Shown here: one piece after another, positions 54,111-61,884 of the stretch
How the letters are laid out: each line of letters starts with the position of its first letter
Position numbering within the stretch: the first letter of the stretch is position 1
Source of the DNA: Caldilineaceae bacterium SB0661_bin_32
Lineage (GTDB): Bacteria > Chloroflexota > Anaerolineae > Caldilineales > Caldilineaceae
NCBI GenBank assembly: GCA_009841235.1
Contig: VXMH01000094.1
Location: 3,434 to 67,433 of the forward strand
Direction: 5' to 3'
Length of the DNA stretch: 64,000 nucleotides
Position numbers and translations under genes: made by a program
Notes under the pieces: generated by a model
Told to the model about the DNA's origin: nothing
Seen by the model: only the letters and a program-made list of their open reading frames with translations
Databases searched by the model: none

Positions 54111-55241
54111 TTACTTCTCTAGCAAGAACAAGAATTCCCTGTTTGGCCTTTCCGAATCTCTTACCCAATCGTTTGTCCATCGCATGTTAGCCATTACGTT
54201 TCTCTTATGGCTTATTTCGACTACCTCTCTTAGTTTTCCATGACTGTTCAGAACTTCGTTCAACTCCTCGGCTGTCGCTCTTCCCCCAGAACTATATGAC
54301 AGTAGAATCCATTGAGCCCGCGTCTGTTCTATAAGATCACTGATAGCCTCGACAGCGATGTATCTACCCTTGGAACCGCGGCGATATTCTTCAAAAACTG
54401 ACGCCGCCACTCGGTCAGAGCTGTCTTTGCGGCGATTGACTTTTCCAAACAAGGGCGGTCTATCAAAGAGGCAGACACTTTTCCAAACATGATAATAGGC
54501 CTCATACCGTATTCGGGATGGCGGCATCTTCTCATTGTTAGAACCATAAGGAGGATCGAAGTAAGCGAGATCAACAGGGGTCTGTGAGACAAGACTGCGA
54601 ATGTCGCTCTGATGTACTTTGTGCTTCTTCGACGAAGGAAAAATTTGCGGCGCCTTTAGTAATAGTTCTCCATAGGATCGAGGTGACCAATCTTTAAGGT
54701 AGGATGCGAAGTGACCGAGACTGCTATCTACGCGGTCTAGTGCCAAAATCAGGCTTGTAAGAGCAACGCTCTTGTCAATCTGATCAAGATTTAGTCTCTC
54801 TATTTCCTGTCGGATTGCATCCAATTTACGCGTGTTATGAATTTGCCAAGGTTTCTTCTGGCCGTCCTTCTGGGTTGCGGAACCACCATTTGGATACCCG
54901 CCGTAGTGCGCGGTAAACCAGCCGTCCACTGGTGTAACGGAGTTAAGATGCTTGATCAGGGGCAAGTAAGACTCGCTACTTTTCTGGCTAAGAAGATAAC
55001 ATGAACCAAAAACATAGGACCACGTTGAGATATCGTTACAGACCACTGTGTAACCCTCATGTGCCAGCGCTTGCGATACTCTGGTTGTTCCAGAGAAACC
55101 GTCCAGAACCGACTTGGCGTCAATCTTGCGGATAAGCTGTAGAATATGAGGTAAGAGTTTTAGCTTCGACCCTGCATACTTGATTCCTTCTGTGGGAGGT
55201 GCGTCAACAACAATGTCATCAAATAACGAAAGATTTCGCAT
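54111..55241 (-). CDS. D12-class (Dam-family) N6-adenine DNA methyltransferase
   Basis: IKYAGSKLKLLPHI (equivalent to the KW.GGK motif), AdoMet motif LDGFSGTTRV, catalytic DPPY in YFDPPYG, and LLSYSS near the C-terminus. Low GC (27/60 in line 54601-54660). Confidence 0.8.
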   Translation of the reverse strand: MRNLSLFDDIVVDAPPTEGIKYAGSKLKLLPHILQLIRKIDAKSVLDGFSGTTRVSQALAHEGYTVVCNDISTWSYVFGSCYLLSQKSSESYLPLIKHLNSVTPVDGWFTAHYGGYPNGGSATQKDGQKKPWQIHNTRKLDAIRQEIERLNLDQIDKSVALTSLILALDRVDSSLGHFASYLKDWSPRSYGELLLKAPQIFPSSKKHKVHQSDIRSLVSQTPVDLAYFDPPYGSNNEKMPPSRIRYEAYYHVWKSVCLFDRPPLFGKVNRRKDSSDRVAASVFEEYRRGSKGRYIAVEAISDLIEQTRAQWILLSYSSGGRATAEELNEVLNSHGKLREVVEISHKRNVMANMRWTNDWVRDSERPNREFLFLLEK

Positions 55242-55246
55242 CTATC

Positions 55247-55990
55247 CTAATTCCATGGTAAGGGTTCAAGAAGATCGATATCTTCTTGAATTTTGGCCAG
55301 AGCGGCTTGGTGGCCTCTCTTTGAAGATATAAGAGATTGTGAAAAGAGTCGAACAAGAACTAGGTTGTGTGAGTAGTCAATCCATCCTCCTGTCACACTT
55401 TCAAAGTATTTCAATCCTTTCCTTGTGTGAGTCCATAAGCCTCGCTGAAGGGCGTTGGCGGAAGCATCGCCATAGCGGACTTCGCAGATGTAGTCCCCAA
55501 CAGAATTGTGGAATTGGTATACGGGATACTTTCTCCGTCCAATGCCGCCAGGTACGCGTTCGATATGATTCACTTCGGTCGCCGCACGTTCATAATCAAA
55601 TACGAGAATGTTACAACGCTTTGGGTTCTCATCATATATGAGTGGTAAGACGTTGGTGTCATTAAATTCAGCAAATGCTGGAGCACGTAATATAGTCTGA
55701 GCTCTATCTCTTCCTATGACTTCTACACCTTCCTGTTCCAACATTGGAAACATGCGGGAGTCTTTGTCGGTGGAAAGTTGCAGAGGCCCAACCCCATATG
55801 CCTTAAGACTAATGGGGAACTTTTTCTTCGTGATCTCATTTAATACTTCGATATCTTCTTCCTGCGATTTTGAACGGAAAAGGTCTTTGCCAACATGAGT
55901 AGAGCTAAAGTCATACATGTATTGATTGATAAACTCGGAAATGGCGATCTCAGCTAAATCTCCATGCGTCTTGTTGCCTATCAATCGCAT
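55247..55990 (-). CDS. Putative type II restriction endonuclease (partner of the methyltransferase)
   Basis: 247-aa low-GC ORF ending 5 nt before the methyltransferase start. I recognise no family. The assignment is positional. Confidence 0.5.
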   Translation of the reverse strand: MRLIGNKTHGDLAEIAISEFINQYMYDFSSTHVGKDLFRSKSQEEDIEVLNEITKKKFPISLKAYGVGPLQLSTDKDSRMFPMLEQEGVEVIGRDRAQTILRAPAFAEFNDTNVLPLIYDENPKRCNILVFDYERAATEVNHIERVPGGIGRRKYPVYQFHNSVGDYICEVRYGDASANALQRGLWTHTRKGLKYFESVTGGWIDYSHNLVLVRLFSQSLISSKRGHQAALAKIQEDIDLLEPLPWN

Positions 55991-56154
55991 TGTAAATATA
56001 TTGCCTAAAACTGTCGTTTAAGATCGGGATTCTTGCTGACCAACACCTTAAGACGATTTATGAAATCCCTGAAGGGGTTAAGTTCCTGCATCAGGCACTC
56101 CCCTTAGCGTAGAAAGACGATTTGTAAAGTCATTTGGGAGGACGGTACAAGACG

Positions 56155-56226
56155 CTACTGAGCAGAGACATTTTTATAAGAATGGAAGCTGCAAATGAGA
56201 TAGAGACGAACCTCCCGTTCAGACAC
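56155..56226 (-). pseudogene. 23-codon remnant of a HepT (DUF86/HEPN) toxin gene
   Basis: GTG 56226 overlaps the mntA stop. The translation VSEREVRLYLICSFHSYKNVSAQ* starts like HepT N-termini (..R...LYL.DIL) and then diverges exactly where the sequence becomes AT-rich. Confidence 0.35.
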
Positions 56227-56533
56227 GAATCAGATCTTTCTCGATAAAGTGGCGAAGGAGTGGCTTTCTGTCGATCGCGCCGCGCGTTAGCAGTTCAACG
56301 TTGGTTTCCAATAGTTCCGTCAGATAATCGTGGAGAGCGACGAACTCCCAGCCCAATGGTGCGCTCAGCATAACCAGAATGTCCAGGTCGCTGGCCTCCG
56401 TCTGCTCGCCGCGGGCATAGGAGCCAAAGAGAGCGATGTCTTCCACGTGGTATCGTTCTTTCAATTCGCTCCGGTGAGAGCGCAGAATCGAGCGAATCTC
56501 CTCCAGGTCTTTCATCGTTTCATCTCTCGCCAC
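56219..56533 (-). CDS. mntA: MntA-type nucleotidyltransferase (antitoxin of HepT/MntA systems)
   Basis: 104 aa with the GSYARGEQTEASDLDILV minimal nucleotidyltransferase motif (GS..RG......D.D). Confidence 0.8.
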   Translation of the reverse strand: MARDETMKDLEEIRSILRSHRSELKERYHVEDIALFGSYARGEQTEASDLDILVMLSAPLGWEFVALHDYLTELLETNVELLTRGAIDRKPLLRHFIEKDLIRV

Positions 56534-56576
56534 AAACTACCGTCTTTCCTTGGCGTTTTATTATCCAACCAGACAG

Positions 56577-56659
56577 ATCACTGTTCAGACATCGAGTCGA
56601 GCGCGGCGCCGATGGCGTCGACGCTCTGTTCGTTTTTCTCTTCGCTGATGACCAGCGGC
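56577..56659 (-). repeat. Degenerate duplicate of the aminotransferase 3' end
   Basis: 83-nt ungapped match to 57056-57138 with 9 mismatches (my count). It reads ...QPLVISEEKNEQSVDAIGAALDSMSEQ* versus the genuine ...PPLVISEDEVDQIVDAIGAALDSMSEQ*. Confidence 0.8.
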
Positions 56660-56682
56660 TGCAAGAAGGATAACAATATCGC

Positions 56683-57057
56683 CTATGACGCAGCAACGGC
56701 AGTTGGTGCAGTTGCGTCGAAATTCGTTTCTTCGAAAGGAACGACATCCAGAAACTCTACCGGTGCGGCGTCCCGGCCGTTTTCCCAGAGAAGCGAGAAA
56801 AACCAGATCCCGCTCTCGCCGACAGTGAAGCTGGCGGGGCTGTAATGGCTGCGCTGTTCCTCTTTCATGCCATCGTCATGATCCGGCAGTTCAAACAACG
56901 CGTTTTCTTCGACCAACTCTGGCTCGTAATAGACGGGCCAGTCCCATATCTGCCCCTGATATGGTCTGTTTCGAAGATGCAGAGTATTGGCAATTTCCCG
57001 CACCTTCGCTAGTTCGGGGATGCGACTGTCTTGTCCCCTACCGAGATGACGCTCCAT
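56683..57057 (-). CDS. Hypothetical protein (124 aa)
   Basis: ATG 57057 shares one base with the aminotransferase stop (TGATG). I recognise no domain. It is acidic, and its GC is lower than the flanks. Confidence 0.5.
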   Translation of the reverse strand: MERHLGRGQDSRIPELAKVREIANTLHLRNRPYQGQIWDWPVYYEPELVEENALFELPDHDDGMKEEQRSHYSPASFTVGESGIWFFSLLWENGRDAAPVEFLDVVPFEETNFDATAPTAVAAS

Positions 57058-58403
57058 CACTGTTCAGACATCGAATCGAGCGCTGCGCCGATGGCGTCGA
57101 CGATCTGATCGACCTCATCTTCGCTGATGACCAGCGGCGGCGAGAAGGCCAGGCTCCCGTTCAGAGCGCGTGTGCGCACGCCGCGCGCCGCGGTCGCATT
57201 CTGCAGGCTCATCGCCAGTTCATTGTCCGGCTCTTTGGTCTCCTGGTCCTTGACGAATTCGACGGCGCAAAGGAGGCCCAGGCCGCGCACGTCGCCCACG
57301 TTACCGAATTCGCTCAACCTGGACAGCCCGCTGCGCAGCCGCTCGCCCATCTCTGCCGAACGTTCGGCCAGCTTCTCATCCTCGAGAATGGCGAGGTTGC
57401 GCAGACCGACCGCGCAGGAGGCGGCGTGGCCGGAGTAGGTGAAGCCGTGCAGCCAGGCCTCATCCTGCGGCGCACTGTTCATGGCGTCGAGGATGCGGTC
57501 GTTGATCTGAATGCCGCCCAACGGCAGGTAGCCGCTGGTGATGCCCTTGGCGAAGGCCAGAATGTCCGGTTCGATGCCGTAACGGTTGAGCGCGAACATC
57601 TCCCCGGTGCGCCCGAAGCCGCAGATCACCTCGTCGGCGATCAGGAGAACGTCGTGCTCGTCGCAGATGGCGCGCACGCGCGGAAAGTAGTCCTCCGGCG
57701 GCACGAAGACGCCGCCGACACCCTGCACCGGCTCGGCGATCACCGCGGCCACCGTCTCCGGCCCTTCGCGCAGGATCGTCTCCTCCAGATCGCGCGCCGC
57801 TGCCTCGCCGACGGTCTCGCCATTCTGGAGGTCGCCCTCGTAACGGTATGGGTGGGGCGCGTGGCAGTAGACGAAGTTGGGCACCAGCGGGCCAAACATC
57901 TTGTGGTAGCGGGGCACGCTGGTGGCGCTGGTGGTGGCCAGGGTGATGCCGTGATAGGACTCGCGGCGAGAGATGATCTTGACCTTGTCCGGCTGCCCCT
58001 CCCGCTTCCAGAAATAGCGGGCCGTCTTGAAGGCGGTGTCGTTGCTTTCAGAGCCGCCGCAGGTGAAGAAGGTCGTCTTCAGGCTGGGGTAGGCGTAGCC
58101 GGAGAGCTTGTAGGCCAACTCGCTGGCGGGCAGGTTGGTCATGCCCGCGAAGTTGGAGGTATAGGCCAGATTCTGCATCTGCGCGTAGGCCGCCTCCGCC
58201 AGTTCGGTGCGGCCGTAGCCGACATTCACATTCCAGAGACCAGCCATCGCATCGAGGATCTTGCGGCCGTCGGTGGTGTGGAGCCAGACGCCCTCGGCAC
58301 GCTCGACAATGATCGGATTCTCGGTTTGGGAAGGGTGGTGCAGAGGGTGGAGCTGTCGTCTATCCTGCTCAAGTAAAGATGGCTTTTCCTGGATGGCGGC
58401 CAT
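57057..58403 (-). CDS. Class-III (omega) aminotransferase, PLP-dependent
   Basis: LLIADEVICGFGRTGEMFA and FAKGITSGYLPLG (PLP lysine). 448 aa. Confidence 0.9.
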   Translation of the reverse strand: MAAIQEKPSLLEQDRRQLHPLHHPSQTENPIIVERAEGVWLHTTDGRKILDAMAGLWNVNVGYGRTELAEAAYAQMQNLAYTSNFAGMTNLPASELAYKLSGYAYPSLKTTFFTCGGSESNDTAFKTARYFWKREGQPDKVKIISRRESYHGITLATTSATSVPRYHKMFGPLVPNFVYCHAPHPYRYEGDLQNGETVGEAAARDLEETILREGPETVAAVIAEPVQGVGGVFVPPEDYFPRVRAICDEHDVLLIADEVICGFGRTGEMFALNRYGIEPDILAFAKGITSGYLPLGGIQINDRILDAMNSAPQDEAWLHGFTYSGHAASCAVGLRNLAILEDEKLAERSAEMGERLRSGLSRLSEFGNVGDVRGLGLLCAVEFVKDQETKEPDNELAMSLQNATAARGVRTRALNGSLAFSPPLVISEDEVDQIVDAIGAALDSMSEQ

Positions 58404-58427
58404 TAGTTTCTCCTTGGTCGATGCGGC

Positions 58428-59864
58428 TCACTGGCCGCGCGCCGCCGCGCCGTTGGCGAAGGGCGTCAGATGGCGGGTGAAGTGCGTGTTCAGCACCTTT
58501 TCGTAAGCTTCCTCGTGGTCGGCGATCAGGCCGTGAATCTGCGGGCCGAAACGGTCCAGGTTGGAGCCGAATGTCACGTGCAGCAACTGGCGGGCGTCGA
58601 ACTGCTCTAAGAGTCCCGGCAGGTCTGCGTCCGACAGGTCGGCGTTGGCGGGCACCTTGTCCGGCTGGCAGTCGAGGAAGTAAGTCTTGCGGTCGCTCTC
58701 GAAGCGGGCGCGCGAGTGGTCGAGAATCTGACGGAAGAGGGTTGTGTCAAGGTCGGCAATGACGCGCAGCGCCTCCAGATAGCTGGTGCCGGCCGTCTTG
58801 ACATGCACCCGGTCGTCGGCGTACTTGGCGACCAGCGGGTAGATGCTGAACTTGTCGGAGCCGGTGTGGACGCTCAGCTTGTAGGCGTCGAAATGCTTCA
58901 GAATGGCCGCGTGCCTGATCAGCTCCGCTTCGAACGGGGCGGTGTCGCCGATATAGTCGACGCCCTTCTGAAACTTGCCCACAAAGCGGGGCGCGAGGCT
59001 GACGACCGGCAGGTCCCGCCGCAACAGTTCGTGCGCCATAAAGTAGTGCTCGTAGATCGATGTGGGCGTCTCGGTCTCGTCCACCGACATTTCCAGGTCA
59101 TAGCGTGTGCCGCGCATCTGCTGATCGAGCGCGGCCGCGATATCCAGCGTGTGAACGATGGCGCGTCCGTATTTTGCCAGCGCCCGCAGCAGGCTCTCTT
59201 CGCTGAAGGTGAGCGTCAACCCCGCCAGTTCGATGGACGCGGCCAGATAGTCTGCGCGCAGCGCGTCCAGGTCGGTATCCAGCCGCGCCCAGGGCAGCGC
59301 CTCGACCTTGGCGCGCAGTGCCGGCAGCGAGTCGGTCTCGGCGTCGTTGTCGACGTGGTCGCTCGGGTCGATCGTGTAGAAGGTGTAGCCGGCCGCGACG
59401 AACGCGGGCAGGTCGCTCACCAGTTTCACATGGTCGGCGTCTGCCCCCCAGGGGGCGCGCCAGCCCATCTGCACAACGCCCCACATGGCGTCATCCACCA
59501 CCTCCTGCGGCGTGCGCCCGATGCGATCGTTCTCGCGCACCGACTGCTGCGCGAAGATCGGCGCAATGCCGGTGCCCTCGACCGAGCGGATGTGGCCGGG
59601 CGTGGCCGCGCCCAACCGGTCACCGAAGCCGAATGAGGTCTCCACGCCCAGCGGCACGGGATTCAACCAGGTCAGTCGTCCTCGCAGCTCAGCCGCGTTC
59701 TTCGCCGTCAGCGGGCAGAGCAGCATCCCGTTCGCCGTTTCGCCGCTGAAACCGGTGGCATCACCCTGCACGCAGAGCTTCTTGTCCCTGCCGTCGCGTG
59801 CCAGTGCGTAGGTCGTTCCATCCTGCTCGATAATTGAATTCGGGTACTGTTTCAACTGTGTCAT
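58428..59864 (-). CDS. uxaE: Tagaturonate/fructuronate epimerase UxaE-family protein
   Basis: SFGFGDRLGAATPGH, PIFAQQSVRENDRIGRT, GADADHVK, FYTIDPSDHV, SVDETETPTS, HTGSDKFSIYP and VKTAGTSYLEA are collinear with Thermotoga UxaE as I recall it. ATG 59864. Confidence 0.8.
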   Translation of the reverse strand: MTQLKQYPNSIIEQDGTTYALARDGRDKKLCVQGDATGFSGETANGMLLCPLTAKNAAELRGRLTWLNPVPLGVETSFGFGDRLGAATPGHIRSVEGTGIAPIFAQQSVRENDRIGRTPQEVVDDAMWGVVQMGWRAPWGADADHVKLVSDLPAFVAAGYTFYTIDPSDHVDNDAETDSLPALRAKVEALPWARLDTDLDALRADYLAASIELAGLTLTFSEESLLRALAKYGRAIVHTLDIAAALDQQMRGTRYDLEMSVDETETPTSIYEHYFMAHELLRRDLPVVSLAPRFVGKFQKGVDYIGDTAPFEAELIRHAAILKHFDAYKLSVHTGSDKFSIYPLVAKYADDRVHVKTAGTSYLEALRVIADLDTTLFRQILDHSRARFESDRKTYFLDCQPDKVPANADLSDADLPGLLEQFDARQLLHVTFGSNLDRFGPQIHGLIADHEEAYEKVLNTHFTRHLTPFANGAAARGQ

Positions 59865-59918
59865 CGTGCGGCTTCCCACAAGCAGTTCATCTGATTTCAA
59901 TGAGGAGCGTGTACAGTA

Positions 59919-60176
59919 TTATACATCCCGGTCAGGCAAGGCGCGCTCGGCACGCAGATCCCTTTGCCAGGCAACGGGATCGATAATCTCGGCAAAGGTT
60001 CCTCTCCGTGCAAGCTCTGCCAAGATTTCTGCCATTAATCGGCCGCTATTGGACGGAGATACGGAATCCGCTTCCTCCATGAACGTAATATAAATATGTG
60101 CGGCGTCCGGTTTTTCAGGAGGGTGTTCGAGCCATTCAATCTGATTGTCGTGAAGGACTGCCTTGTACCTACGCAT
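59919..60176 (-). CDS. Small antitoxin-like protein (orphan)
   Basis: 85 aa. The N-terminus YKAVLHDNQIEWLEHPPE and C-terminus DPVAWQRDLRAERALPDRD resemble small proteins that usually precede PIN-domain (VapC) genes. The assignment is from memory. Confidence 0.4.
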   Translation of the reverse strand: MRRYKAVLHDNQIEWLEHPPEKPDAAHIYITFMEEADSVSPSNSGRLMAEILAELARRGTFAEIIDPVAWQRDLRAERALPDRDV

Positions 60177-60350
60177 ACGCCCCTACCTTTGCACTGTGGT
60201 GGACGGCGCACTGTCCACAATAGACGCCGCGAACCAGTGGTAGTACTGTACCCCAAGGTAATTGCATCTTACTGCGTCAATTCCCTGGAAGACTGCCCTC
60301 GCACCCCCCACCCGCGTCGCCTCTCCCCATCCCCCTCGAAACTCCGGTAG

Positions 60351-60371
60351 GGGCAGGCCTTGTGCCTGCCC
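60351..60371. repeat. GC-rich extragenic hairpin (REP-like)
   Basis: GGGCAGGC cttgt GCCTGCCC: an 8-bp perfect stem within a proline-codon-rich non-coding stretch. Confidence 0.4.
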
Positions 60372-60444
60372 TTCGTGGACCCTCTCCCTAACTTCGGCAA
60401 TGTTGGCAAACCAGATTAGATGCGATTGCCCTGCACCGTACCCC

Positions 60445-60492
60445 TTGCCGCCCTGTCGTTAGAAGGCTAGAATACACGAGAAGCGTATTCTA
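60445..60492 (+). promoter_or_regulatory. Candidate promoter with overlapping palindromic operator upstream of larA-like gene
   Basis: TTGCCG (60445-60450), 17-nt spacer, TAGAAT (60468-60473). There is an inverted repeat TAGAATAC (60468-60475) / GTATTCTA (60485-60492) with a 9-nt spacer. Confidence 0.4.
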
Positions 60493-60609
60493 CGCTACTC
60501 ACAGGGGAGACGAACACCGGCGGTTAGTGGGTAGTGGAAAGAAGCAGTACTACTCAATATTCATTGTAGTTGGACCACTGATCACTCCAGAAAAGAACGG
60601 GTACTGACA

Positions 60610-61875
60610 ATGCAGATCCATCTCCAATACGGCCAGGACGGACTGACAGCCGAGCTGCCGACCGAAAACGCGACCATCATCCGCCCGCGCTTTGTAGAGG
60701 GGCTGCCGGACGAGCAGGCCGCGTTCCGGGACGCGGTGCGGCAGCCCAACGGCGCGCGCCCCTTGGCGGCGACGGTCGGCGCGCACGAGCGCGTCGCCAT
60801 CGTCATCGCCGACGGCACGCGTCCGCTGCCCTCGGCGCGCCTGCTGCCCTGGATTCTGGCGGAGCTGGCGCATGTGCCGGAGGAGAACGTCACGATCGTC
60901 GTCGGCACGGGTACGCACCGGCCCAACACGGCGGAGGAGCTTGAGCAGATCGTGGGGAAGGCGGTCTACCGGCGGCTGCGCGTGATCAACCACAACGCCT
61001 ACGAGGAAGAGAGCATGACCGTCGTGCGGTCTGGGCAGGACGGTCGCGGCCCGCTGATGATGAACCGGGAGTATGCGGACGCCGACCGGCGTATTCTCGT
61101 CGGTTTTATCGAGCCGCACTTCATGGCTGGCTTTTCGGGCGGCTACAAGGCCGTCTTCCCCGGCGTGGCCGACCTGGCTTCAATTATGCACTATCACCGC
61201 GCCGAGATGATCGGCCATCCACAGAGCAAGTGGGGCGTGCTGGAGGGCAACCCGACCCAGGAGCAGATCCGCGCCAACGGATCGGTCCTGCCGGTCGATT
61301 TTCTGGTGAACGTCACGCTCAATCACCAGCGGCAGATCACCCGTTTTTTCTGCGGCGAGGTCATCGTCGCGCACGAAGAGGGCTGCCTTTATGCGAAGGA
61401 AACGGCGATGGCTGCCGTCGACCGCAGCTTCCCCCTGGTGATCACCACCAACAGCGGCTTTCCCCTCGACCAGAACCTCTATCAGTCGGTGAAGGGGATG
61501 TGCGCCGCCGCAGAGATCATCGAGGACGACGGCGAGATGATCGTGGCCGCCCGCTGCAATGACGGCTTCCCCGCGCACGGCAACTTTACTAGGCTGCTCT
61601 ACGAGCACAGTTCGCCGCAGGCGATGCTGGAGACGATCTTCCGTCCCGGTTTTCACATGCTCGATCAGTGGCAGGTGCAGAAGTTCGCCGAGGTGGCGCT
61701 GCGGGCGCAGGTGGCGATCTACAGCGAGTTGGAGCCCGATGCGGTGTCCCGCGCCGGCCTAACCCCGGTCGCCGACCTGAACGAACACATCAGCACAGCC
61801 GTTGCCAATCTGGGGCCCGACGCGCCGGTCGCGGTGCTGCCGGAAGGACCGATGACGATTCCCTATCTGGTCTAG
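60610..61875 (+). CDS. larA: LarA-family (DUF2088) nickel-pincer-dependent 2-hydroxyacid racemase/epimerase
   Basis: IADGTRPLP, VGTGTHRP, FIEPHFMAGFSGGYKAVFPG and TNSGFPLDQNLYQSVKGM are collinear with Lactobacillus plantarum LarA motifs. Confidence 0.85.
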   Translation: MQIHLQYGQDGLTAELPTENATIIRPRFVEGLPDEQAAFRDAVRQPNGARPLAATVGAHERVAIVIADGTRPLPSARLLPWILAELAHVPEENVTIVVGTGTHRPNTAEELEQIVGKAVYRRLRVINHNAYEEESMTVVRSGQDGRGPLMMNREYADADRRILVGFIEPHFMAGFSGGYKAVFPGVADLASIMHYHRAEMIGHPQSKWGVLEGNPTQEQIRANGSVLPVDFLVNVTLNHQRQITRFFCGEVIVAHEEGCLYAKETAMAAVDRSFPLVITTNSGFPLDQNLYQSVKGMCAAAEIIEDDGEMIVAARCNDGFPAHGNFTRLLYEHSSPQAMLETIFRPGFHMLDQWQVQKFAEVALRAQVAIYSELEPDAVSRAGLTPVADLNEHISTAVANLGPDAPVAVLPEGPMTIPYLV

Positions 61876-61884
61876 GCGCGGCGG

